Assembly: GCA_949529985.1 (NCBI GenBank)
Contig: CATIRS010000049.1
Location: 118,367-182,366 of the forward strand
Source: Owenweeksia sp. TMED14
GTDB lineage: Bacteria > Bacteroidota > Bacteroidia > Flavobacteriales > Schleiferiaceae
DNA length: 64,000 nucleotides
Direction of reading: 5' to 3'
Shown here piece by piece: positions 40,938 to 50,395 of this stretch. Both the position numbers and the translations under genes were made by a program. Positions within the stretch are counted from its first letter, which is position 1. Every line of letters begins with the position of its first letter. The notes under the pieces are model-generated. The model had not been told where the DNA came from, made no database searches, and saw only the letters and a list, made by a program, of their open reading frames with translations.

Positions 40938-41642
40938 ATGTACGACAAAGAGCGAGCTAAATCTTCAGTATATTTTACCTTTGGGATCTCTGTGGATTGC
41001 GTTGTTTTTGGATTTGATGGTTCCCACGTAAAAGTTCTTGTTATAAAAAGAGGAATGGAACCGTACAAAAATTTCTCCGCAATACCTGGTGATCTAGTTC
41101 TCGAGCGAGAAGATCCGTTGGACGCCATAAAACGAGTTTTAAATGAGCTGACTGGTTTAAAAGACATATACTTAGAACAACTTAAAGCTTTTGCTGGAGT
41201 TGATAGACATCCCTTAGGTCGTGTAGTAACAATCGCTTATTATTCTTTGATAAAAATTGATGACTACAATCCTAATCCGTCATCATGGGCAACTGATGCC
41301 AAGTGGGCTTCAATTGAAGATATCGATGAAATGGCATTTGATCACTTTGAAATATTTACTGAAGCCTTAACTCGTTTGAAAGAGCGCGTCCGACTTAAAC
41401 CGATTGGTTTTGAATTATTACCAGAAGAATTTACTTTGGCGCAGCTTCAACATCTTTATGAAAAATTATTGGGAAAAACATTTGACAAGGCAAACTTTAG
41501 AAAAAAAATTCTTGGGATGGATTTATTATTTCCTTTAGAAAAGCTTCAAAAAGCAGTTAAACACCGCCCTGCAAGAATGTATCGTTTTGATCCAAGTCGA
41601 TATGCAGATTTAACAAAGAGAAATTTTCATTTTGAACTATAA
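40938..41642 (+). CDS. NrtR-like transcriptional regulator (degenerate Nudix domain + C-terminal winged-helix domain)
   Basis: The likely start is the ATG at 40938 (MYDKERAKSSVYFTFGISVDCVVFGF). The Nudix-box region reads GDLVLEREDPLDAIKRVLNELTGL, so the catalytic REUxEE is replaced by RVLNEL. The C-terminal part (FTLAQLQHLYEKLLGK...FRKKIL) resembles the NrtR wHTH. Confidence 0.7.
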   Translation: MYDKERAKSSVYFTFGISVDCVVFGFDGSHVKVLVIKRGMEPYKNFSAIPGDLVLEREDPLDAIKRVLNELTGLKDIYLEQLKAFAGVDRHPLGRVVTIAYYSLIKIDDYNPNPSSWATDAKWASIEDIDEMAFDHFEIFTEALTRLKERVRLKPIGFELLPEEFTLAQLQHLYEKLLGKTFDKANFRKKILGMDLLFPLEKLQKAVKHRPARMYRFDPSRYADLTKRNFHFEL

Positions 41643-41651
41643 AATAAAAAG

Positions 41652-43304
41652 ATGACTACACAATTTGAAACATTAGATTACGCAATTTTTATCGCTTATG
41701 CCATATTGATTTTAGGCGTTGGACTTTACATGTCTCGTGATAAAAAAGGTCATCAAAAAAATGCTGAAGATTATTTTTTAGCAAGTAAATCTCTTCCCTG
41801 GTGGGCCGTAGGAGCGTCATTGATTGCTGCAAACATTTCAGCTGAACAATTTATAGGAATGTCAGGATCTGGATACAAACTGGGATTAGCAATTGCATCA
41901 TATGAATGGATGGCAGCAATTACTTTAATAATTGTTGGAAAATATTTTCTTCCAATATTTATTGACAAAGGCCTTTACACGATTCCTGAATTTGTCGAAA
42001 AACGATTTTCGACAAATTTAAAAACAATTTTGGCCGTTTTTTGGATCGCACTTTATGTATTTGTCAATCTTGCATCAGTATTATACCTTGGCTCATTGGC
42101 TCTAGAAACCATAATAGGAATACCTCAGATTTATGGAGTAATGGGGCTTGCTATTTTTGCCGCAGCTTACTCATTATATGGCGGCCTAGCAGCAGTATCC
42201 TGGACAGACGTGATTCAGGTCTTCTTTCTAACACTAGGTGGTTTTGCAACTACCTATTTAGCCTTAGATTTAGTTTCTAATGGACAGGGATTCATCGCTG
42301 GATTAAAAAAAATATATGAAGCCGCACCAGACCACTTTACCATGATTTTAGATAAAAGTAATCCTGAATATAATAATCTCCCTGGAATTGGAGTGTTAAT
42401 AGGTGGCATGTGGGTTGCCAACCTGTACTATTGGGGATTCAATCAATACATTATTCAAAGAACTCTAGCTGCGAAGACGTTAAAAGAAGCTCAAAAAGGA
42501 ATTTTGTTTGCGGCAGCACTAAAAATGATTTTACCGATTATAGTCGTTCTTCCTGGAATTGCTGCTTATGTTATTATCAACGATCCAGAAATAATGAAGG
42601 GACTAGGGCCTATTGCCATGGATAATTTACCCGATATGAATACTGCTGATAAAGCTTATCCGTGGTTATTACAACTATTACCCACAGGACTAAAGGGATT
42701 AGCCTTCGCTGCACTAACAGCAGCTATAGTTTCTTCTCTTGCATCCATGCTAAACTCGACTTCAACAATATTTACTATGGACATTTATAAACAGTACATA
42801 AATCCATCTGCTAATGACAAAGCTACAGTTAATATGGGACGTATATCTGCCCTAATTGCTTTGATTATCGCATCAATTACCGCACCCCTTCTAGGAGGGA
42901 TTGACCAAGCATTTCAATTTATCCAAGAATACACTGGAATTGTAAGTCCAGGTATACTCGCTGTATTTATTTTAGGTCTTTTCTGGAAGAAAACAACTAA
43001 TAAAGGGGCGATTATTGGAGCATTAGCGTCTATACCTATTGCTATGTATTTTAAAGTTAGCCCAAAAGAATGGTCTGAAAATCCAATATTTTTAGATTTG
43101 CCATTCCTAAACCAAATGGGATTGACGACACTTATAACTATGCTGGTAATAGGGGTTATTAGCTGGAATCAACATAGAGGTTCGGATGATGAAAAAGGGA
43201 TAGAAATCAGCAGAGAAACGTTTAAAACTGATCCTATTTATAATATAGGAGCCTTTTCAATTCTAATCCTGCTAACAGCATTATATGCTATATTTTGGAG
43301 TTAA
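41652..43304 (+). CDS. Sodium:solute symporter family (SSS/SGLT-like) sugar transporter
   Basis: 550 aa with about 14 TM helices. DYFLASKSLPWWAVGASLIAANISAEQFIGMSG is a typical SGLT/SSS N-terminal motif. Confidence 0.88.
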   Translation: MTTQFETLDYAIFIAYAILILGVGLYMSRDKKGHQKNAEDYFLASKSLPWWAVGASLIAANISAEQFIGMSGSGYKLGLAIASYEWMAAITLIIVGKYFLPIFIDKGLYTIPEFVEKRFSTNLKTILAVFWIALYVFVNLASVLYLGSLALETIIGIPQIYGVMGLAIFAAAYSLYGGLAAVSWTDVIQVFFLTLGGFATTYLALDLVSNGQGFIAGLKKIYEAAPDHFTMILDKSNPEYNNLPGIGVLIGGMWVANLYYWGFNQYIIQRTLAAKTLKEAQKGILFAAALKMILPIIVVLPGIAAYVIINDPEIMKGLGPIAMDNLPDMNTADKAYPWLLQLLPTGLKGLAFAALTAAIVSSLASMLNSTSTIFTMDIYKQYINPSANDKATVNMGRISALIALIIASITAPLLGGIDQAFQFIQEYTGIVSPGILAVFILGLFWKKTTNKGAIIGALASIPIAMYFKVSPKEWSENPIFLDLPFLNQMGLTTLITMLVIGVISWNQHRGSDDEKGIEISRETFKTDPIYNIGAFSILILLTALYAIFWS

Positions 43305-43435
43305 TTCATAGTCGATATTATTATCGAACATAGCGTTTATAACCATCCGTAATCTCTTAAAATATTTTTGATACGATTTTTAACTTCTGTGATGTGATAG
43401 TACTTTTACCATAATCATAATCATTTTAATTATTG

Positions 43436-44779
43436 ATGAATCGTCAAATAAAAGGATTTTCAAAACTTTCTAAACAAGCCAAAATTGAATGGTTAGTAAA
43501 AGTCCATCTTAACGATCATGAAGATGGAATGAAGCTAATAAACTCATATATGCACCGCGACAGTGCTGTTCAAAAAATACATGACGAATTTATTGAAAAT
43601 ACCGTTGCTAATTATTACTTGCCATTTGGAGTAGCGCCAAATTTTCTTATAAATGGAGAACAATACACCATTCCAATGGCCATTGAGGAAAGTTCTGTTG
43701 TGGCTGCAGCATCTAAATCTGCAAAATTTTGGATGTCACGTGGTGGATTTAAAAGCCATGTAATCTCCTCAAAAAAAATAGGGCATATCCACTTTATTTA
43801 TGATGGTCATAAAGATGAACTAGTATCATTATTTTCTGACATCAAAGCTGATTTATTAAATTCGACATCGACTATTACTAGCAACATGCGCAAAAGAGGT
43901 GGTGGCATATCGGATATAACCTTGGTAGATAAAACTCAAGAGTTAGATGAATACTATCAGATAGAGGTAAAATTTGAAACCTGTGATTCTATGGGTGCAA
44001 ATTTTATAAATTCGTGTTTAGAGAAAATGGCAAAGTCCCTCATCGATTTATCAGAAAAACATGTAAAAACTTCGGACAAAAAACTCGAAATAATAATGAG
44101 CATTCTTTCAAACTACACTCCGGAATGTATAGTCCACAGCGAAGTCAGCTGCCCAATAAGCGAACTAATAGATGGCCCCAACTTTTCCACTGATGAGTTT
44201 GCCAAAAAATTCAAACTTGCTGTTGAAATTGCTCGAATAGAGCCTTTTAGAGCAACAACGCATAATAAGGGAATAATGAACGGTATTGATGCGGTTATTT
44301 TAGCGACAGGAAATGACTTCAGAGCAGTTGAAGCAGCTTGTCACACTTACGCAGCAAAAGACGGACAATATCGAAGCTTAACATATTGTGATATTAATGA
44401 TGGAATTTTTAAATTTTGGATTCAAATTCCACTTTCCTTAGGAACAGTAGGAGGACTAACAAAACTTCATCCTTTGGTTAAAATGAGCTTAAATATCTTA
44501 GGGAATCCAAGTGCCCATAAATTAATGCAAATTGTAGCCACCAGTGGATTAGCACAAAATTTTGCGGCGCTAAAAGCTCTTACAACAACTGGAATCCAAA
44601 AAGGTCATATGAAAATGCATTTATTAAATATTTTAAATCAACTAGGGGCAACTGAAATTGAAAAAGAAATATTACAACAACATTTTTCAAAATCAGTTCC
44701 GCATCACGCAGAAGTGGTAAATGCTTTTAATGATCTTCGAGGCTCCAAGGGTCCTGAAGTAGAAGAATATCATGCTTAA
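43436..44779 (+). CDS. Hydroxymethylglutaryl-CoA reductase (mevalonate pathway)
   Basis: About 447 aa. MAIEESSVVAAAS, CDSMGANFINS, NKGIMNGIDAVILATGND and GTVGG motifs are typical of HMGR. The ATG at 43436 is preferred over the TTG at 43433. Confidence 0.88.
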   Translation: MNRQIKGFSKLSKQAKIEWLVKVHLNDHEDGMKLINSYMHRDSAVQKIHDEFIENTVANYYLPFGVAPNFLINGEQYTIPMAIEESSVVAAASKSAKFWMSRGGFKSHVISSKKIGHIHFIYDGHKDELVSLFSDIKADLLNSTSTITSNMRKRGGGISDITLVDKTQELDEYYQIEVKFETCDSMGANFINSCLEKMAKSLIDLSEKHVKTSDKKLEIIMSILSNYTPECIVHSEVSCPISELIDGPNFSTDEFAKKFKLAVEIARIEPFRATTHNKGIMNGIDAVILATGNDFRAVEAACHTYAAKDGQYRSLTYCDINDGIFKFWIQIPLSLGTVGGLTKLHPLVKMSLNILGNPSAHKLMQIVATSGLAQNFAALKALTTTGIQKGHMKMHLLNILNQLGATEIEKEILQQHFSKSVPHHAEVVNAFNDLRGSKGPEVEEYHA

Positions 44780-45632
44780 TTTTCGTGCAAATGGAAAACT
44801 CCTTCTAACTTCAGAATATGCTGTGCTGAATGGGGCAAAGGCAATCGCCGTTCCAACAAAAAGGGGGCAAACTCTAACATACACTAATGGGCCAAAACAA
44901 CTTTATTGGACCGCATATAGAAATGATGGAAGTATTTGGATAGAAGGTTCAGTTGAAACAGGTGATCATCTTAAGCATGTAAAAAATCTGTTAACTGAAG
45001 CAATGAAAATTGCTGGAAAATTAGAATTCCCCACTGGCCATGTAACAACTACACTTGAATTTCCGCAAGAGTGGGGCTGGGGGAGCTCCTCAACTCTTAC
45101 GTCACTCATTGCTCAATGGTTTAAAATTAATGCCATGGAACTACATTTTAAAACTTCCAATGGTTCGGGATATGATGTCGCTTGCGCTCAATCAAATCAA
45201 CCAATTTTTTACGAAAAAAAAGGGAATAGGTTCAATATAACACCAGTCTCTTTGGAGAACTGGCCAACATCCAATATTTATTTTAAATATTTAGGTCACA
45301 AAATAAACAGTCAAAAAGAAATTGACAATTACAATAAGAAAACTCCTAAAGATGTTGAGGTTTTTACTCTTTTGACAAAAAAAATCTCCAAAGTAAGAAC
45401 AATAAAAAATATGATAAGACTAGTAAATCGTCACGAATTTTTAATGAGTAAACATTTAAACCAAAAATCACCCCTTCAAAATCTTTTTCAAGATTCAAAA
45501 ATAGGTAAGAAAAGTCTTGGTGCTTGGGGAGGTGATTTTGCGCTTTTAATTATCGAAAGTACCGAACAAGTTGATTATCTTAAGGGACAAAATATAAAAA
45601 CTTTCTTTTCTTGGAATGATGTAATTCTATGA
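44772..45632 (+). CDS. GHMP-superfamily kinase of the GYDIA type (candidate mevalonate-pathway kinase)
   Basis: 286 aa. GHMP phosphate-binding loop PQEWGWGSSSTLTS and the motif SGYDVACAQ (a GYDIA-like signature). It has an 8-nt overlap with the HMGR 3' end. Confidence 0.7.
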   Translation: MLNFRANGKLLLTSEYAVLNGAKAIAVPTKRGQTLTYTNGPKQLYWTAYRNDGSIWIEGSVETGDHLKHVKNLLTEAMKIAGKLEFPTGHVTTTLEFPQEWGWGSSSTLTSLIAQWFKINAMELHFKTSNGSGYDVACAQSNQPIFYEKKGNRFNITPVSLENWPTSNIYFKYLGHKINSQKEIDNYNKKTPKDVEVFTLLTKKISKVRTIKNMIRLVNRHEFLMSKHLNQKSPLQNLFQDSKIGKKSLGAWGGDFALLIIESTEQVDYLKGQNIKTFFSWNDVIL

Positions 45633-47830
45633 AAGCAATACAACACATAGTTTTAATAATATTATGCCTTGTTAATATCAAAGCAAGCGGAGCGCACTTA
45701 GTTGGCGGTGAAATAACTTACATGTGCTTAGGAAATAATGTTTACCAAATAGAATTAACTGTTTACCGGGACTGCAATTCATCTGGCGCTCAGCTCGATG
45801 GTAATGCGTCTATCGGGGTTTTTAATGGAACATCAGGAGCTCTTATTCAAAATATCCAAGTAAATAAAGGAGCGACACAATCGTTACCATCGAATACTGG
45901 AAATCCTTGCTTATTAGCACCTCCTAATGTTTGTACTGAATACGCGAAATATATAACCATTGTAACGCTACCAACCAGCTCACAAGGTTATACAATCAGC
46001 TATCAACGCTGCTGCAGAAATGCAACAATCTCAAATATCAATAATCCCGACGATTGGGGAATGACAATTACTGCCAGAATACCGCCAAATGACTTTAGCT
46101 GCAATAACAGCCCTCAGTGGAACACCAAACCACCAATTGTTATTTGCAGCCAAGAAGACTTGAACGTTCCGGTAAACTGTAGCGACCCGGATGGTGATTC
46201 ATTATTTTACTTTTTGTGTAATGTGTTCCATGGCGGCGGCAAGTCCAATCAGCAAGGTTCTTTAAATAGTCCACAACCAAGTCCACCCGGATCACCTCCC
46301 TATGTTATCATCCCGTATAGCGCGCCAAATACCTCATCTAATCCGATTCCGGGAAACCCTCCATTATCATTAAATGGGCAGACTGGTGTGCTTTCTGGTA
46401 AAGTATCAGTGACGGGTCAATATGTCATGGTTTTTTGCGTAGAAGAATGGAGAAATGGCATATTATTGAATACGATACGAAGAGATTATCAATTCAATGT
46501 AACATCATGCCAAGCCTCGATTTGGGCTGATATTATTTCTGAAGTTGATGACCCAACGCAACTATGTATCGGAGCTACAGTCCCTTTTTCTGAAAATAGC
46601 TTTAATGCAACGTTTTTTCATTGGGATTTTGGTGATCCCAATAGTACTTCAGACACTTCAAATTTATCTAACCCAACCTATACATTTACTGACACCGGAG
46701 TATATACTGTAACACTTATTGCAAATCCAGGATGGCCTTGCGCAGATACAGATCAAGTAGATTTTCATATTTATCCTCCAATAAATGCAAATTTTCAAGT
46801 TAGTGGAGGTGTATGCACTGATGAACAAGCATTCATCTTCAACCCAATAGGAAACTGGTATCCTGATAAAACTATTAAATGGAAGTTTGGAGATTTTATT
46901 TCTGACGCCAATGTTTTTCAATTTAACGGAGAATTTCCTCCGCCAATAACTTTTGCAAAAGCAGGAAAATATCCAGTAACGCTGTACGTAAAATCAAAAG
47001 CATGTGAAGAAACATACATTGATACAGTTCGAGTTTATGACAGACCAAAGATTAACAATGATTTCACAGGAATAGTCGGCTGCGAACCTTTTACGTATGA
47101 ATTTGATGCAAATGCTACGAGCTCAACAAGCCTATCATACATATGGGATTTCGGTGATGGAGATACATCTCATGCCCGAACCCCTTTGCATACTTATAAG
47201 TCTCCTGGTCTGTACGACATAAAGCTCATTATTTGGACTAATGATGGCTGTATTGACACGTTATTTGGAAATTACTTAGATGCAATTTTGGTAAATCCCC
47301 GACCTATTCTTCCATTTACGGTATCTCCCCTAAAAGTTAATATTTATAAACCTGAATTAGCCGTTAAATCTTCTGGAATTGATCCCGACGAAATATTCTA
47401 TTTTGATATGGGCGATAGTACAATCTACAATCAGCAAGACTTTTTTCTTCATAAATATCGAGATACAGGTAATTTTATAATTAATCGAATTGCAGTTAAC
47501 CAATATGGATGCTGGGACACATTAGGTATCATGATACGAGTAGACCCAGTGATGAATATATGGACGCCAAAAGCGTTCACACCAGATAATGATGGCAAAA
47601 ATGAAACTTTTAGGCCTGTAGTTACGGGATTCCTAAAATATGATCTTTCGATTCTTGACAGGTGGGGAAATATAGTTTTTAAATCAATTAATCCCTATGA
47701 GGAATGGAATGGAAAAATACATAATTCAGGAAAAAAATGTCCACAAGACATATACACATGGAGACTTTTTGTATTAGACTTTGCAAACTCACCAATAGAA
47801 AAACATGGAACTTTATTGTTGTATCGATAA
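45629..47830 (+). CDS. Secreted T9SS cargo protein: Cys-rich AHLVGGEITY N-terminal module, several PKD-like domains and a type-B C-terminal sorting domain
   Basis: 733 aa with a signal peptide. It has WDFGD PKD motifs (FHWDFGDPNS..., YIWDFGDGDTS...). C-terminus TPKAFTPDNDGKNETFRPV...LDRWGNIVF. Its N-terminal module is roughly half identical by eye to that of 13987..15906. Its ATG overlaps the kinase stop (ATGA). Confidence 0.85.
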   Translation: MKAIQHIVLIILCLVNIKASGAHLVGGEITYMCLGNNVYQIELTVYRDCNSSGAQLDGNASIGVFNGTSGALIQNIQVNKGATQSLPSNTGNPCLLAPPNVCTEYAKYITIVTLPTSSQGYTISYQRCCRNATISNINNPDDWGMTITARIPPNDFSCNNSPQWNTKPPIVICSQEDLNVPVNCSDPDGDSLFYFLCNVFHGGGKSNQQGSLNSPQPSPPGSPPYVIIPYSAPNTSSNPIPGNPPLSLNGQTGVLSGKVSVTGQYVMVFCVEEWRNGILLNTIRRDYQFNVTSCQASIWADIISEVDDPTQLCIGATVPFSENSFNATFFHWDFGDPNSTSDTSNLSNPTYTFTDTGVYTVTLIANPGWPCADTDQVDFHIYPPINANFQVSGGVCTDEQAFIFNPIGNWYPDKTIKWKFGDFISDANVFQFNGEFPPPITFAKAGKYPVTLYVKSKACEETYIDTVRVYDRPKINNDFTGIVGCEPFTYEFDANATSSTSLSYIWDFGDGDTSHARTPLHTYKSPGLYDIKLIIWTNDGCIDTLFGNYLDAILVNPRPILPFTVSPLKVNIYKPELAVKSSGIDPDEIFYFDMGDSTIYNQQDFFLHKYRDTGNFIINRIAVNQYGCWDTLGIMIRVDPVMNIWTPKAFTPDNDGKNETFRPVVTGFLKYDLSILDRWGNIVFKSINPYEEWNGKIHNSGKKCPQDIYTWRLFVLDFANSPIEKHGTLLLYR

Positions 47831-47842
47831 ATACTTCAGTTG

Positions 47843-48202
47843 CTAAGATAATTTTGAGCCAACTATTAGAGCGCACATTCCAAGGCCAATTGAAAAAATC
47901 AAATAGACGGCTACCAAAGAATATTGTCCAGACTTAATTAGCCCAAGAACTTCATTTGAAAATGTGCTGAAAGTAGAAAATCCTCCGCAAAAACTGATCC
48001 CTAAGAGAGCTATGTATTTCGGTTGAATCTCTCTACTAAGAAGATACCCCAGAATTAAGCATGCTATGATATTTGCGAGTAGGGTTCCAAAAATCAATGA
48101 CCGTGAAGATCCAGGAAAAGAAAAATGCATGGCTTCTCCGATTGCATAACGCGCAAGCGAACCTACCCCACCTCCGATGAATATTGCGATTATTTGCCCC
48201 AT
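47843..48202 (-). CDS. crcB: Fluoride ion channel CrcB/FluC
   Basis: 119 aa with four TM helices. GGGVGSLARY and CGGFSTFSTF motifs. Confidence 0.92.
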   Translation of the reverse strand: MGQIIAIFIGGGVGSLARYAIGEAMHFSFPGSSRSLIFGTLLANIIACLILGYLLSREIQPKYIALLGISFCGGFSTFSTFSNEVLGLIKSGQYSLVAVYLIFSIGLGMCALIVGSKLS

Positions 48203-48768
48203 TATTTGTTAAAAATAGGAGTTGCTCGCCACCTATTCAATACGAAGGCGACAGAAAGTCCCAGAACTGCGCCACATAAAACATCACCAGGATAATGTAC
48301 ACCAAGGTATACTCGACTGTAGCAAACAATAATTGCCCAAACTAAAAAAAAAATATTAATAAATACTGTCGGTTTAGAGTAATTCACTATTCCATAAATA
48401 GCCCAAACTGTTGAAGAATGACTGGAAACAAATCCATATTTGCCACCACATTTTTTTGCTGCTAATTCAAAATTATTTAAGAGATCTGGAGTATGGCAAG
48501 GTCTCAATCTTTCAAAGATATTTTTAAAGGCATGAACTGATACAAAATCTGAAATAGCCACAGCGGCAATAACTAAAGCTGCTAAAACTAGAGCCTTATT
48601 TAGTTTCAGCTTAAAAAAACCAAATGCTAAAAACAAGCTAACGAAAAGGTAGCTTCCTACACTTAAACTAACCAACCGAAAAAAGTAATCCACTTCATCT
48701 GAACCCCAGTTAACTCCGGCTAAAAATAAAGCCTCATCAATGCGAATTAAGGATTTAATGCTTTCCAC
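48202..48768 (-). CDS. PAP2-family membrane phosphatase (undecaprenyl-diphosphate/lipid phosphatase-like)
   Basis: 188 aa. PAP2 motifs KxxxxRxRP (KNIFERLRP), SSHS (FVSSHSS) and [12 protein letters not shown]. Confidence 0.85.
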   Translation of the reverse strand: MESIKSLIRIDEALFLAGVNWGSDEVDYFFRLVSLSVGSYLFVSLFLAFGFFKLKLNKALVLAALVIAAVAISDFVSVHAFKNIFERLRPCHTPDLLNNFELAAKKCGGKYGFVSSHSSTVWAIYGIVNYSKPTVFINIFFLVWAIIVCYSRVYLGVHYPGDVLCGAVLGLSVAFVLNRWRATPIFNK

Positions 48769-49739
48769 AATAAGTCTTTCAATTCTAATATACTCTCTCC
48801 ACTTAATGAGCTAAAAAAAACATGAGGGATTTCAACAGAAAGCGCAATGGAAATTTCTGTTTTTAATTCATCATCTATCATATCTGATTTAGATATACCT
48901 AAAATTTTTCTCTTATTAACTAATTCTGGATTATAATTCTCAAGTTCCGACAATAATATCTGATATTCTTTCAGATGATCTTTTGAATCCGCAGGTACTA
49001 AAAATAGCAATATAGAATTACGTTCAATATGCCTAAGGAATCGATGACCCAATCCCTTACCTTCACTAGCTCCTTCAATTATTCCAGGAATATCAGCAAT
49101 CACAAATGAATTAAACCCTCTATGAGGAACAACACCAAGGTTGGGAACCAAAGTAGTAAATGGATAGTCTGCTATCTCTGGTTTGGCAGCAGAAACAACG
49201 CTAAGAAGTGTTGATTTACCAGCATTTGGAAATCCCACTAGACCAACATCTGCCAGGACTTTAAGCTCTAAGACAAACCAATCTTCAGAGCCCCCTTCTC
49301 CGGGTTGAGCATTTGTTGGAGTCCGATTGGTAGGACTTTTAAACTGGGTGTTCCCAAGCCCACCTCGGCCTCCTGATAGTAATGTCTCTCTTTGCCCTTC
49401 TTCAGTTATTTCAAAAAGCTTTTCACCCGTCTCTGAGTTTCGCACTAAAGTACCTAAAGGGACTTTTAAAAATATATCTTCTCCATCTGCACCATGCCGG
49501 TCATTACGACTGCCCCCACCTCCAGGACGAGCTTTTATATGCTTTCTATACTTTAAATGCAATAGTGTCCACATTTGGGAACTACCTTCAAGAATAATAT
49601 GACCACCTCTTCCACCATCGCCTCCATCTGGACCGCCTTTCGGTACTCCTCTTGCACGATAGAGATGAGCCGAACCAGCACCTCCCTTGCCCGAAGCACA
49701 ATAAATTTTAACGTAATCTATAAAATTATTATCTGCCAT
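48747..49739 (-). CDS. obg: GTPase Obg/CgtA
   Basis: 330 aa. The Obg fold has glycine-rich repeats ([12 protein letters not shown]). G motifs [19 protein letters not shown] and SKSD. Confidence 0.95.
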   Translation of the reverse strand: MADNNFIDYVKIYCASGKGGAGSAHLYRARGVPKGGPDGGDGGRGGHIILEGSSQMWTLLHLKYRKHIKARPGGGGSRNDRHGADGEDIFLKVPLGTLVRNSETGEKLFEITEEGQRETLLSGGRGGLGNTQFKSPTNRTPTNAQPGEGGSEDWFVLELKVLADVGLVGFPNAGKSTLLSVVSAAKPEIADYPFTTLVPNLGVVPHRGFNSFVIADIPGIIEGASEGKGLGHRFLRHIERNSILLFLVPADSKDHLKEYQILLSELENYNPELVNKRKILGISKSDMIDDELKTEISIALSVEIPHVFFSSLSGESILELKDLLWKALNP

Positions 49740-49748
49740 AAAAGTCGA

Positions 49749-50321
49749 TTACAAACGATCAATTTTTGTTTTTAATACAGTTGAAATTTCATTTACAGAT
49801 CCCATACCACTCAAGGCAATGTATTTGCCCTGTTTTTCATAATGGCGTTTCACAATATCAGTTTCTTCAAAATAAATCTTTAATCTATTATCTATAATTT
49901 CAGGATTCGCGTCATCCGACCTTCCTGAGACTTTTCCTCTCTCAAGTAATCGATATTTTAATTCATCATTAGAGACTTCAAGCGCAATCATAGCAGTGAT
50001 TTCCAATTCTTCCTTGGCAAGAAAGACATCTAAAGCTTCAGCCTGATCTTCAGTTCTTGGGAAACCATCAAATAAAAAACCAACAGAATCAGAATATTTC
50101 AATAATTCTGACTTTAACATATCTATTGTAATAGAGTCCGGAACGAGCTTTCCTTTATCGATAAAGGTTTTAGCAAGAATTCCTAATTCCGAGTTTTGCG
50201 AAATATTCTGTCGAAAAATATCACCAGTGCTGAGGTGAACAAAGCCATATTCCGCAACAAGGAATTCACTCTGTGTACCCTTGCCAGCTCCAGGGGGACC
50301 AAAAAGAACTATATTTTTCAT
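49749..50321 (-). CDS. adk: Adenylate kinase
   Basis: The likely start is MKNIVLFGPPGAGKGTQ at 50321. The ORF-track extension to 50351 is probably spurious. Confidence 0.93.
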   Translation of the reverse strand: MKNIVLFGPPGAGKGTQSEFLVAEYGFVHLSTGDIFRQNISQNSELGILAKTFIDKGKLVPDSITIDMLKSELLKYSDSVGFLFDGFPRTEDQAEALDVFLAKEELEITAMIALEVSNDELKYRLLERGKVSGRSDDANPEIIDNRLKIYFEETDIVKRHYEKQGKYIALSGMGSVNEISTVLKTKIDRL

Positions 50322-50395
50322 GAATCTGTATAAGAAAGAGTAAATGTACAACCCTTATTGTTTTTTATCTTTGGCAATCAGTATGCAAATAAATT

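Noticed and set aside
48203-48300. Looked for a fluoride riboswitch upstream of crcB.
   Set aside because: There is no non-coding leader, because the crcB ATG overlaps the PAP2 stop. I could not see the conserved crcB-motif elements in the preceding coding sequence.
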